This document shows positions 48,048-60,799 of a DNA stretch of 64,000 nucleotides, piece after piece. The position numbers were made by a program, and so were the translations under genes. Position 1 is the stretch's first letter, and the number at the start of each line of letters is the position of its first letter. The notes below the pieces were generated by a model, which did no database searches, was not told the origin of the DNA, and saw only the letters and a list, made by a program, of their open reading frames with translations. Source of the stretch: Squalus acanthias (lineage: Eukaryota); contig CM059432.1 in NCBI GenBank assembly GCA_030390025.1, forward strand, positions 8,370,001 through 8,434,000, given 5' to 3'.

Positions 48048-48465
48048 TTACAAGAATGGTTCCAGGGATGAGGGACTTCAGTTATGTGGATAGGAGATTT
48101 GATAGAGGTGTTCAAAATCATGAGGGTTCTAGACAGAGTAGATAGAGAGAAACTGTTCCCATTGGAGGCAGGGTCGAGAACCAGAGGACACAGATGTAAG
48201 GTGATTGGCAGAAGAACCAAAGGTGACATGAGGAAAAACTTTTTTACGCAGCGAGTGGTTAGGATCTGGATTGCACTGCCTGAAAGGGTGGTGGAAGCAG
48301 ATTCAATCGTGGCTTTCAAAAGGGAGTTGGATAAGTACCTGAACGAAAAAAATTTGACGGGTTACAGAGAAAGGGAGAGGGAGTGGGACTAGCTGAAATG
48401 CTCTCACAGAGAGCCGGCACGGGCTTGACGGGCCGAATGGCCTCCTTCTGTGCTGTAAACATTCT
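48048..48465 (+). mobile_element. CR1 3' fragment
   Basis: GDLIEVFKIM..FFTQRVVRIW. Confidence 0.9.
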
Positions 48466-49029
48466 AGTTCCACTCCCCTGCTCTTTCTCCATCATCTTGT
48501 TTAGGCTTCCATTGAACCAGCTAGTTGTAATTAGCAGAGTCTGACACTGAATCTAACATTTCCAGCATTGAGGTGAATCCATTCGTCCAACAATGAATGT
48601 AAAATGAACAATATTGACAGCTGTGTGTTTCTAACAAGACTTTGAACAGTGAAAATACATTTTAGTGATCATCAGAAGGTCCACTGGACCATAAGTGGAA
48701 GGCGGGCCCAGTGCGCAGTCAGCAGCAACTGTACGTGATGTGTGTAGATTTACCTATAGAAGGGTGAGGAAGTTCTGGAATCTTTCTGATCAGAAAAGGC
48801 ATTTTGTAAAATCTGATGGATAATTAGAGCTACCCGACACTGAAAGTGAAGTCTACATAAAGCAAAATAGCTGGGTTACCAAGCTGAAGAAGGGCCAAGG
48901 TGCACATGTAGGTACCATGAAGGGCCAAGATCTACTGTGCAAGCACCAGGAACGTTGGGAACTGAACTTTCCAAGCAACTAATCTGTTATTGCATTACAT
49001 TAGACAATCTTTCAAATAATCATGAGCCA

Positions 49030-51942
49030 TTCAGCCCATCGTTCTCCAATTAATCCCACTCCCCTGCTCTTTCCCCCATAGCCCTGCAAATGTTTCCCCT
49101 TCAAATATTTATCCAATTCTCTTTTGAAAGTTACTATTGAATCTGCCTCCACCGCCCTTTCAGGCAGCGCGCTCCAGATCACAACAACTCGCTGTGGAAA
49201 CAAATGTTTCCTCACGTCGCCTTTGGTTCTTTTGCCAATCACCTTAAATCTGTGTCCTCTGATTACCGACCCTTCTTCAGCCATTGGAAACAGTTTCTCT
49301 TTATTTACTCTATCAAAATCGTTCATCATTTTGAACACCTCGATCAAATCTCCACTTAACCTTCTCTGCTCCAAGGAGAACAACCCCAGCTTCTCCAGTC
49401 GCTCCGCATAACTGAAGTCCCTCATCCCTGGAACCATTCGAGTAAATCTCCTCCGCACCCTCTCTAAAAGGTCGTGATATCACCTCTCAGGGTGATGTTT
49501 TCTTTCTCTGTGCCAAATCAGAATACCAGCAACAACTAAATGAAAATAACAGTGCCGACAACAACAACAAACAACAACCTGCATTGATATAGCATGTTTA
49601 ACATCGCTAAAAATGTCCCACGGCGCTTCACAGAAACATTATCAGACAAAATTTGACACCGAGTCAGATAAAGAGATATTAGAACAGGTGACCAAAAGCT
49701 TGGTCAAAGTGGTAGGTGTTAAGGAGCAACTTAAAGGAAGAGAGAGAGAGATAGAGAGGAGGCGAGGAATAGGGAGGAACCTCCAGAGCATAGGGCCTAG
49801 GCAGGAGAAAGCACGGCCGCCAATGGTGGAGCGATGAAAGTCGGGGATGCGCAAGAGGCCAGAATTGGAGGAGCGCAGAGATCTCGGAGAAGACCCGAGT
49901 AACTTGGCGAGGCAGAACTACCAGTGAGTAAACTAAAACTGATCCCAAGACACACCTCAGAGTATCTCAGCCAGTGGCTAAATACCAGGAATACATGTAA
50001 AAGATGACACTTGATCCTCACTAAACTATATAATCAGATCTTAGAATCATAGGATCATACAGCAAAGGAGGCCATTTGGCCCATCGTGCCTGTGCCGGCT
50101 TATTGAAAGTGCTCTCCAATTAGTCCCACTCTCCTGCTCTTTCCCCATAGCCCTGCGCATTTCTCCTTTTGAAGTATGTATCCAATTCCCTTTTGAAAGT
50201 TATGATTGAATCTGCTTTCCCCACCCTAAAAATACATTTCTCCTCATCTCCCCCCTGGCTTTTTTGTCAATGTTCTTTAATCGGCGTCCTCTGGTTACTG
50301 ACCCTCCTGCCAGTTTCTCCCTATCTTACTCTATCAAAACCACTCTGCTCATGTAGAATCAAAGCAGGCCAAATATAAGAACATAAGAACATAAGACGTA
50401 GGAGCAGGAGTGGGTCATTCGGCCCCTCGAGCCTGCTCCGCCATTCAATAAGATCATGGCTGATCTGATCTTGGCCTCAGCTCCATTTCCCTGCCTGCTC
50501 CCCCCATAACCCTTGACTCCCTTATCGTTCAAAAATCTGTCTTATCTCCACCTTAAATATATTCAATGACCCAGCCTCCACAGCTCTCTGGGGAAGAGAA
50601 TTCCAAAGATTCACCACCCTCTGAGAGAAGAAATTCCTCCTCATTTTCGATTTAAATGGGCGACCCCTTATTCTGAGATTATGCCCCCTAGTTCGAGATT
50701 CCCCCACGAGGGGAAACATCCTCTCTGTAGAGTGCATTGCCAAGGCCTGAACAAAGTTAATGCAATAAAAATATTTTGTGCTGGCGTAGTGTGGATGTAT
50801 AGGTGAATCATATGAATGTAATATAAAAGTAAATTGAGATTAATCCAGGAATTTTCTATTGTTGAATGAATTGTAGTATAATTAGGCTGTACAAACAAAG
50901 CATTTGCTTTGACCAACTATACTTGTTTTCAAAACCCAATCTGGAACAGTTTTTTGGCTGAATTAGACATCGACAGACCAATATTTTGCCTTCCTTTATG
51001 ATTCTGAACCAATTTGGTTTGAAATTGATTTGAATTGGCTCCATTTATTTTACTTTGAATTATCAATTTAGTTTGATCTTTGTCCAAATGGCTGCCTCCA
51101 TCTCGAGTGTAAGGTTTGTGACCTTCGGCATAATTGTGACTAGTACTTTATTCAAGCTTATTATTTTCCTCCCAATTTCACAGTCGTTCTCCCTTCACTC
51201 AGAGTGGAACAGGGTGAAAATGCTATCTGTATCAGCATGATGTCCTCACTCTCAAATGTAACAGTATAAGATAAGATAATAAATAGGAGCAGGAGTAGGC
51301 CATATGGCCTCTCAAGCCTGCTCTGCCATTCAATAAGATCATGGCTGAACTTCTACATCAACTCCACTTTCCCGCCCTATCCCCATATCCCTTGATTCCC
51401 TTAGTCTCCAAGAATCTATCGATCTCTGCTTTGAATGTACTCAACGACTGAGCATTCACAGCCCTCTGGGGTAGAGAATTCCAAAGATTCACAACCCTCT
51501 AAGTGAAGAAATTTCTCCTCATCTCGGCCTTAAATGGCCTACTCCTTATCCTGAGACTATGCCCCCTAGTTCTAGCCACTCCAGACAGGGGAAACAACCT
51601 CTCAGCATCTACCCTGTCAATCCCCTTCAGAATCTTGTATGTTTCAATGAGAGCACCTCTCATTCTAAACTCCAGAGAGTATAGGCCCAATCTAATCAAT
51701 CTCTCCTCATAGGACAGCCCTCTCATCCCAGGAATCAATCTAGTGAACCTTCGTTGCACCCCCTCTAAGGCAAGTCTATCCTTCCTTAGGTAAGGAGACC
51801 CAAACTGTACACAATACTCCAGGCGTGGTCTCACCAAAGCCCTATTTAATTGCAGCAAGTCTTCTGCACTCTTAAATGCCAAACCCGTTGCAATAAAGGC
51901 CGACATACCATTTGGCTTCCTAATTGCTTGCCGTACTTGCCT
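49030..51942 (-). mobile_element. Cluster of minus-strand LINE 3' fragments: CR1 (49030-49468, 50040-50340, 50378-50727, 51265-51942) and L2 (49555-49890)
   Basis: CR1 and L2 C-terminal peptide motifs and tails in ORFs 49012-49458, 49642-49854, 50522-50743 and 51499-51960. Unique sequence lies between the fragments. Confidence 0.88.
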
Positions 51943-52361
51943 TTGAACGTGAATATGCACCTTTCAATACAGTAAAAAACAAAGTTCCAGGAAATAAGTT
52001 CTTTTAAAACTTGTCACGGGCTCTATATTATTTGCACACGATGTTTGAACTCACCCAGTGGTGAAGTGTTCCTGGGTATTGCCGCTTTGTTGAAGGCCCA
52101 AGTAATAATTGGTGGAAGTGGTGGTAGCATAAAGAGGTGACTTTTCCAGCGTTTGCAGTTAGTGAATGGCCCCCATTATGAACCATAGGGAAGCCTTCTT
52201 GCTGCCAACAGACAATAGGTCTACTTATCCCATCCTATTGTAGAAGGCAATCGCAGTCAATTCAACAGGAGCTCAGTTCAGGCTGTCCTACTATTTCAAG
52301 TTTTCAAGCACAAGAAAGGATAAGGTCCTCATATTATTTTTGTAGAAGTAGAATACATCAT

Positions 52362-53112
52362 GGGTTGGATCTTAGCGGGGCATCTCGCAGCGTGTGCCAT
52401 CAGTTAAATCTTTTCCCACACCCTTCAGCTCAAAATGTTTTTTTCGGCACAGCTTGCTTGAAGTGCAAGCTGATAACAGCGCAGCGAGGGCAGTGGGGTA
52501 TCTGGGACCTCAGCGAATGGCAGGAGCAGCAGTCTATCTCCTTAACCAATGAGAGTTAAGGAGTGAGAAAGCAAGAGAGGGAGGACAGAGAAGGAAATAG
52601 GATGAATTAGAGTCAAATCAGGTACAAAAAGAGAAATAAAGAGAGGGAAAGAAAGCTTGGATTAAGAGAGAGAAAGAGGAGACAGAAAGGAAAAGTAACA
52701 AAAAATAAAACAATGTAAGATTTGACCTTTTTAAAATCTCTAAGAACAATTTACCACCTGAAGGAATGAGACTCCACAGTTTAAATTGTTCACTTTCTGG
52801 GCCAGAGAGGTTGATTGGCAGTCATTAGCAATTATCATGTTGTTAGATGGGTACTTACGCTCTTAATTACCAAACTTAACTTTCTGCGGTGAGTTTAACG
52901 GGCAATTAGCGTGCAAAGCCAACAAGTTCTTAAAAATAACGGGGAGGCTGAGGGCAAAATGCTGTTTGTGTGAAACAAACTGTAAATCGAGCAGCAAGTT
53001 CTGGAGATTCGCAACTCACGCCGTATCTCTTAATCCCTGAATGCTGGCCGATTTGCACATTAATAACGGCAGGCGTTGTTAACACGCCGTTACTTTTCCA
53101 GCAAGATCCCAG
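52362..53112 (+). mobile_element. MITE family A copy
   Basis: Colinear with 15667-16511; GGATCTTAGC/GCAAGATCC termini. Confidence 0.65.
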
Positions 53113-53214
53113 GTAATTAGAATCCAATTCGATGTTAGTTCATGTTTATTTTGGAGTCCGTGATTTGGTTTCAATTCTGACTTCAAACGAAAACTTGTTC
53201 CTTAATTATCTAGC

Positions 53215-53850
53215 GACTGTTCGCAACCGTGGTGATGCATTTGACCCCGAGATGAGCTTCCGACCACATATCCACGCCATCACTAAGACCGCCTATTTCC
53301 ACCTCCTGGCCGGTCTCTCATCTTCCACCCTCCAAAAGCTTAAGTCCATCCAAAATTCTGCTGCCCGTGTCCTAATTCGCACCAAGTCCCGTTCACCCAT
53401 CATCTCTATGACTCTCTGACTCATCCCTGTGCTCCTTGACCTACATTGGCTCCCGGTTAAGCAACGCCTCGATTTTAAAATTCTCTTCTTTTTTTTCAAA
53501 TCCCTCCAGGGCCCTCGCCCCTCACCCGATCTCTGTAACCTCCTCCAGCCCAACAACCCTCTGAGATATCTGCGCTCTTCCGATTTCTGGCCTCTCGCGC
53601 ATCCCCGATTTTCATCGCTCCACCATTGGCGGCCGTGCCTTCAGCTGCCTGGGCCCCAAGCTCTGGAATTCCCTCCCTAAACCTCTCAGCCTCTTTAACT
53701 CTCTTTCCTCCTTTAAGACGCTCCTTAAAACCTAACACTTCGACCAGTCATTTGCCCTAATATCCCCTTATGTGTCTCAGTGTCAAATTTTGTTTGATAA
53801 CGCTCCTGTGAAGCGTTGAAGGTGCTATATAAATGTTATTGCTGTTGAAT
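53215..53850 (+). mobile_element. L2 3' fragment with internal deletion
   Basis: FDPEMSFRPHIHAITKTAYFHL joined directly to LAGLSSSTLQKL. Confidence 0.88.
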
Positions 53851-55613
53851 GACACCATCTCTATTGCTTTATTTAAAGAAAAATGATTTGTTACAAATAA
53901 TTATTTTTAATTTTAACCTTCAATTTGCCACGTTTGAGTTTCATCTAGAAATTCGAATGGATTTGTAATGGATACTATTTTTTGTTCCCTGCCTCATTCT
54001 ATTTTCCTTATATCTCCAGTTAAAATACTTAGAAATTATAACATGGAAACAGGCCCTTCGGCCCAACCAGTCTGTGTCCATATTTGCCCTCCACGTGAGC
54101 AATAGCTCTAAATGCATTTACCTAACCTGTTGCCATAGCGCTTCAACCCCTTAAAGGGAATCGCTATTTGGCTGATTTTACCCAAATGCGTGCAACAAAA
54201 GCATCCAACACTGACCTACTGGCGAGCATGACATTTAAACCCTTGGCCTGCCAAAGCCCAATAGATTACTAACCCATCATCTTAACCACCTCACCACCAG
54301 CTGACATCATCCAGATTCAGAAGTTTTCTCTGGACTCCCTGTGGATGGGCGAGGTCCTTCTGGCTCTGCCATATAGGTGTAAGAAATCTCTAAACCCAAA
54401 GAAGTTGCAAGTTATAAAAGGAATAACGATTCTGCAAAAAAGTAAGTTTGCCGACTCAGCAGATGAGGGCTGTCTGATGACCGAGAGAGAATTCCGGTCA
54501 CATCAGATCAGCCCAGAGGGCTCAGATCATCACAAGGACAGGCCTCCCAGCAGACTGAGGAGGAGGACAGCATGGAGCGGTAGGATAAGCAAGATGTCTT
54601 TAGAAAGACAACAAGACGTTTAGAACAGAGATAGGGAAATAGCTGACCTCAGCAAGCTGGGAGTGGGGGGCTGTCAGAGGTACCCTCTCCCTTGTAATTG
54701 GACAATGGGATGGGTAAAAATGATCGACACCAGGTATCCACCAGCCCATCGAAATAAGGTATAAAAACGGGCGGCCGAGAGAGGGAAACCGGCAGTTAGG
54801 GGCCGAGGGCTTCTCCGAGGTGGATGCAGGCTGGCTACGGCCTAACACCTTGGCCAAGTTTAGCCTCTGAGCTGGATCAATGCTGGCCACACCTCCAACA
54901 GCTCGAGGGACGACCCAACGGAACCGACTGCTGCAGCAGACTGCCGGAATCCACCCAACCCGGGACCACAGTACTGCCTCACCGTCCGTCCCGTCATTCC
55001 GTTCCGCTCCGAGGCCGTAGGTCACCCTCATCTGTCACGGGTTGTATGCCTACTGTATCTATTTCAATCGCATGTAGTATCTGATTATGCTTAAACTGTA
55101 GGGGGGAAAAATTCACTTGGTTGCGCCTCCCGTTAGTGCCTTAAGAGGGCGCTAATGGGGCGCAAAGCCGCTAACGCCCGGGCGCAGCGATGTTTGCGCT
55201 GCTCAAGAACTTAACTTGAGATTGTGCGGCGGCGCTAAAACTTACCGCTGCGACCACCTGCGTGCGCAGATTATGACGTCATTCCATGGTGCAACGCCCT
55301 TGGGGCGCCCCGGAGCGGAAATTGAGTGGCGCCCCCTGCTTTACCGCCTGGCGCTTCCAACGACCGGAAGACTGGAACGCTATCAATCGCTGTGGGGCTG
55401 GGGGGGGGCGCTATTTAAAGGGGGCCTCTTCCTGTCTTTTTCTGTGGTCGACATTTATGCACCACTCGTTCTGAGAGAGAGAGAGAGATTCGGAGAGAGA
55501 GAGAGAGAGACTTCTACATTGACTCAACGCTTTGTGAGGTAGTTTTGCCTATTCATCCTAACTTTGTTGCTACTTTAGTTGCTGTACCTCATTACTTTTC
55601 TGGCAAAGAGAAT

Positions 55614-56774
55614 ATGGGGGCTGCACTGATTGGGGGCATCGTCCTGCTCCAGCTGAATCGGAGGATACAGAGATGCAGACAGAGAGTGGCAATGATGGCC
55701 AGACGGAGGAGGACCATCAGGCGCATGTACAGGAGAGCTTACCCTCCCAGGGTATATCGTGAACAGCTCTCCTACATCCATATGTCCGAGGAGCTGTGTT
55801 TGCGAAGGCTGCGATTCAGCAAGGAGGTGGTCACTGAGCTCTGCCACCTGCTGCAGCCAGATCTGCAGCCTCAGCTGAGGTCCAGGACGTCTCTGTCGGT
55901 GGCAGTGAAGGTCACAGTGGCTTTGAACTTCTACGCCACTGGCTCATTCCAAGCTGCTGTTGGGGACCTCGCCAATATCTCCCAGTTCGCGGTACATCGC
56001 TGCATCCGGCAGGTCACCAATGCCCTCTTCAGAAGGAGACGAGAGTTCATCTCTTTCCCTATGACCCCAGACAAGCAGCGTGACCGCGCTCTGGGCTTTG
56101 CGAGGGTAGCGGGCTTCCCCATGGTGCAGGGCGCCATTGACTGCACGCATGTGGCTTTGCGTGCTCCGCGTGAGAATGCAGAGGAATTCAGGAACAGAAA
56201 GGGGTTCCATTTCTTGAATGTCCAGTTGGTCTGTGACCACAGACAGGTGATACTCGCTGTCAATGCCCACTATCCTGGCAGCTGCCACGATGCTTTTATC
56301 CTGCGCCAGACTACTGTGGCAGAAGTTTTCGAGGCACCGCATCAGCCAGTTGGTTGGCTTCTCGGGGACAAGGGGTACGCATTGAGCACCTAGCTGATGA
56401 CACCGCTCCGTACGCCAAACACCCCTGCTGAGCTGCGGTACAATGAAAGCCATCAAGCAACCAGGAACATTATTGAGCGCACAATCGGCGTGCTGAAACA
56501 ACGGTTCCGCTGTCTGGACCATTCCGGAGGAGCCCTGCAGTACTCGCCTGAGCAAGTATCGAACTTCGTAGTCGTGTGCTGCATGTTGCACAACATGGCA
56601 ATCCTCAGGACCCAGCCAATGCCACCAGGCCTTGTAGCACCACCAGAGGAGGAGGAGGAAGAGGAGGAAGAGGACGAGGACGATGATCAGCAGCAGCACC
56701 AAGGCGGGAGGGCGGCCCACAATGGTCAAACTGCAAGGGCCGTCCGTCAACGGCTAATAGCAAGCCGCTTCTAG
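55614..56774 (+). pseudogene. Harbinger (HARBI1-like) DDE transposase with one premature stop
   Basis: GAIDCTH, RNRKG, YPGS.HDAFIL, LLGDKGY and IERTIGVLKQRFRCLD, CCMLHN motifs. An in-frame TAG at 56391-56393 sits at the conserved W of WLMTP. Confidence 0.95.
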
Positions 56775-57038
56775 GGCCCCTGCCATTGCTACCAACATTA
56801 ATCAACCCAGCACGCAACCCTTAAGCCGGCCAAGGCACCAATAATTCCAAACTTATTCATTTTACAAACTCTGTGTGTGTCAATTCCTCATGACAAACTC
56901 ATAGAAATAAACACAAAAAAACAGTCAATAACATAACTGGTTCTCACAACCTGGAGATAATGTCCAAAACACTAAACAAAAGTTGGACCATGAACCTCGG
57001 CCTTTAATAAAAAAATGACCAGCATTTTGTCACACCTC

Positions 57039-58970
57039 CTACTTTTTGCCCTTCGAGGGTGATCTCCTTCCCTTGCGCACTTCCCCCCTTCTAACCCTAC
57101 TGCTCCTCCGTAATGGGACCTCAGTGGCTGCAGCAAGGCTGGTGGAAGGCTGCTGCTTGTCAGACCCTGACACTGCAGATGCCCCTGAAGGACGGCCTCG
57201 ACCACTTCTGGGCCTGGAGGGCCCGGCTGCAGACTGCACCAACTCTGCATGGGCGGCAGCAGTCTGTCCTACAGGCGGTGGCAAGTGCAGTGGAGAAGTG
57301 ACAGTGTTGGCAGCAGGAATGCTGTCATCGTGAGAGAGGACAGCAACTCCCTGCTCGCCCGACACACTGGCACTCCCACGGGGCAGCACTTCAGCATCCG
57401 GAGCAATCTGCCGGAGAACAGATTGCTGGCCTGCTGCGGCGCGGTGACAGCCCCGGGGACATGTGCACGAACCATCGAGGTTGGCAGCAGTCTGTGCTCG
57501 CGTGGCCTCCATCTGAGTCTGTATGAGAGCAGTTAGAGATGGGATCACGGCAGCCAGTGACTGAATTGCAGCACTAAGCGTTAGTGTGGCATCCGCCTGT
57601 GCTACAGCGAAGTGCTCCACACTCCTTGCCAGTGACTCAATGCATTCGGGCACCCTTCCCACTGCACCCATGAGCTCAGTGTGCATGCCCACCGCCTGGG
57701 TGTTCATTTCTGCAATCAGCCGCTCCTCCTCTGCGTCCATTGCAGTAGGAGTGTCTGGCATACTCTCCCTCTGGGGAGAAGGCCCCCGTTCTTCCCTACC
57801 CCCCCCCATGGCGTTGCTGCAGCCCGCTGGGTCCTGGAGCTTCACCCTCATCAGCCCCTTCCCCCCTGCTCCCCTCCGGGGAAGGCGTGTTCCCAGTGTG
57901 GGCATGGGCTTCCTCGGGAGAGGGTGGCACTGATGCTCTGGCTTCCTCTTCCTCCTCAGCTGCAGCATCACTCCCAGTGGCAGCTTCAGGGCCCGTCTCC
58001 TCAGCTGGTGAATCACCATCTGAAAGCAGGGAGGTACAAGAGTGGCTTTAGCGTGAGGACAGGGTGGCAGTAAGGGAGGAATAAGTGCAGCGAGTTAGCA
58101 AGTTGGATTGAAAGTGTCAAAGGCTGGTGTTGTGAGGGACAAGTGGAAGGACAGAGGACAAAAAGGTGATGACCTTACCATTGCTGTCCAGAACGGGGTC
58201 GGCGTCTCCAGTGGCGACGGGACCGATCACCCGGCTTGCCACAATCCTGTGGACGCGCTCCTCCAGATCGCTGAGGGGTTGCAGCTAAGGCCGCCCTCCA
58301 CCTGTCCATTGCTGCTGTCTCCTATTATGAGCCAGCTTAGCCTGCAAGAAAAAGGACAGCATCTGAGTAAATATACAGCCATGGTCTTGCCTGATGTGCC
58401 TCCCATAGGTGAATAGCCCTTACAATATACAGCCATGGTCTTGCCTGATGTGCCTCCCATAGGTGAATAGACCTTACAATATACAGCCATGGTCTTGCCT
58501 GATGTGCCTCCCATAGGTGAATAGCCCTTACAATATACAGCCATGGTGTTGCCTGATGTGCCTCCCATAGGTGAATAGCCCTTACTGTATGCAAAGTGTG
58601 GAATGTGTGTGTGTGTTTGATGAAAGGGCCATAGGTGTTGGATGAGTGTTGTGCATTGGGGTTTTAAGACCCTCTGGCCATAGAGTGAGGTTGAGATGGA
58701 GGGATGGAGAGGTATTGAGAAAAAGCCACTCACCCTGACGACCCGAGTGAGGTCGTTGAACTTTTTGCGGCATTGAGTATGGGTCCTGGGCACCATGCTC
58801 CTGGAGGAGACGCTCTGAGCCACCTCCCTCCACACTCTTCTGAACTCGCGTGGCAAAGGCCTCCTGCCACTCTCAGGGAACAGCATACATCGTCTGCGCT
58901 CCACTGCGCCAACCAGAGCATCCAAGGCCCGCTCGGTGAAGCGATGAGCGCGTTCTCTCACCCTCTCAAT
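57039..58970 (-). pseudogene. Harbinger Myb/SANT (trihelix) DNA-binding gene, three exons (58970-58734, 58341-58179, 58019-57039)
   Basis: RFTERALDALV..WREVAQSVS..RTHTQCRKKFNDL joined via GT-AG introns to AKLAHNRR..TGGG. Lesions: ATT at the start, TAG at 58285-58287, and a likely frameshift in the C-run at 57799-57807. Confidence 0.88.
58370..58585. repeat. 54-bp tandem repeat x4 in Myb intron 1
   Basis: Unit AATATACAGCCATGGTCTTGCCTGATGTGCCTCCCATAGGTGAATAGCCCTTAC. Confidence 0.95.
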
Positions 58971-59569
58971 GCTTGGCAGCAAAATGGATTCACAGGTCTC
59001 TCCAGGCTGAGATTCAAGGCTGCAATGAGCAGGGTGTGGCTGGGGAGCAAGTGGCCCCCCCCGCTTTAAGAAGTGTCCGGCGCCAGTGTGTCTGTGTTCC
59101 CTCTAGCTCTTTAATAAAATGCCTTCCAACTCCTAAGACCCTTTGGGTAATCTGTGTGTGACCTGTGGTCCTAAATCTTACAGTGGTGTCAGACGGAGAG
59201 GGTAGTTTAGGATTTTTCAGCCCTTTCATAGGTAACCCACACCTGTCCCAATGGATTGCTCTTCTGGCAATGGATTCCAGGAGATCTTGAAGAGAATTAA
59301 GAATGAGATCTCAGTACATTCCAATGCATTAAAGTTTTCTCTAATGTCCCACGGCAGATTTAGAGCTTCTCTTAGAGGTAATCCACAACACATGTTGGTC
59401 CTTATTGCAAGTGGGTAGGTTGCTATGGTGATAAGGTGGAAAGTTTCACTGCAGGTAGTTATTGCCTGATTCACAATTTTGTACAATTTCTGCCAGCCTA
59501 GCTCTTTATATTTGTAAAACTTTGAAAAAAAGTTTTAAAGTTCCGTTTAATGGTTTCTCTTCCCATAAC

Positions 59570-60797
59570 AACATAAGAAATAGGAGCAGGAGTAGGCCAT
59601 TTGGCCATTCGAGCTTGCGCCGCCATTCAATAAGATCATGGCTAATCTTCTACCTCATCTCCACTTTCCTCCAGTATCCCCATATCTCTTGATTCCCTTA
59701 ATATCCAAAAATCTATCGATCTCTGTCTTGAATATACTCAACGACTGAGCCTCCACAACCCTCTGGGGTAGAGAATTCCAAAGATTTGCCACCCTCTGAG
59801 TGAAGAAATTTCTCCTCATCTCAGTCCGAAATGGCCGACCCCTTATTCTGAGACTGTGACCCCTGGTTCTAGACTCCCCAGCCAGGGGAAACATCCTCCC
59901 TGCATCTACCCTGTCAAGCCCTGTAAGAATTTTGTATGTTTCAATGAGATCACCTCTCATTCTTCTAAACTCTAGAGAATATAGGCCGAGTCTACTCAAT
60001 TTCTCCTCATAGGACAATCCCTCCACCCCAGGAATCAGTCTGGTGAACCTTCATTGCACTCCCTCTATGGCAAGTATATCCTTCCTTAGGTAAGGAGATC
60101 AAAACTGTACTCAATACTCCAGGTGTGGTCTAACCAGGGCCCTATATAATTGCTATAAGACGTCTTTACTCTTATACTCAAATTCTCTTGTAATAAAGGC
60201 CAACAAACCATTTGCTTTCCGAATTGCTTGCTGTACCTGCATGTTAACTTTCAGTGATTTGTGTACAAGGACACCCAGGTCCCTCTGAACACTAACATTT
60301 CCCAGTCTCTCACCATTTAAAAAATACTCTGCTTATCTATTTTTGCTACCAAAGTGGATAACTTCACAGTTCTCCACATGATATCCCATTTGCCATGTTC
60401 TTGCCCACTCACTTAGCCTGTCTATATCCCCTTGAAGCCTCCTTGCATCCTCCTCACAATTTACATTCCAACCCAGCTTTGTATCATCAGCAAACTTGGA
60501 TATATTACATTTGGTCCCCTCATTCCCTCATTGATGTAAATTGTGAATAGCTGAGGCCCAAGCACTAGTTCCAGCCTGCCAACCCGAAAATTACCTGTTT
60601 ATTCCTACTCTCTGTTTTCTGTCCATTAACCAATCCTCAATCCATGCTAGTATATTACCCCCAATCCCATGAGCCCTAATTTTGTTTAATAACCTCTTGT
60701 GTGGCACCTTATCGAATGCCTTTTGAAAATCCAAATACACCACATCCACTGGTTCCCCCTTATCCAAATCCAAATGCACCACATCCACTGGTTCCAC
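59570..60797 (-). mobile_element. CR1 ORF2 fragment with internal deletions
   Basis: VDVVYLDFQKAFDKVPH, KFADDTK and RRMRGDLIETYKI; 39-bp tandem duplication at its 5' junction. Confidence 0.93.
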
Positions 60798-60799
60798 CT

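Larger units (their letters stand above)
55101..59100. mobile_element. PIF/Harbinger transposon, two-gene, right terminus deleted
   Basis: Left TIR GGGGGAAAAATTC with convergent transposase and Myb/SANT genes. Homology to the MITE right arm ends abruptly at 59100. Confidence 0.93.
54378..59182 (+). mobile_element. LTR split by the Harbinger element (pieces 54378-55100 and 59101-59182)
   Basis: TGTAAGA...TCTTACA 7-bp inverted termini, TATAAAA at 54760, AATAAA at 59113, and a PBS-like TGGTGTCAGA immediately after. Confidence 0.65.

Noticed and set aside
54474..54500. Hammerhead ribozyme at CTGATGA in the LTR hairpin
   Set aside because: No GAAA follows the would-be stem II, and the CTGATG is itself base-paired.
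56391..56393. Programmed stop-codon readthrough in the transposase
   Set aside because: A single TGG>TAG change at a conserved Trp explains it, and the partner gene is also decayed.
55545..56774. Domesticated host HARBI1 gene
   Set aside because: It lies inside a TIR-bearing element with a Myb partner and related MITEs, and it carries a premature stop.
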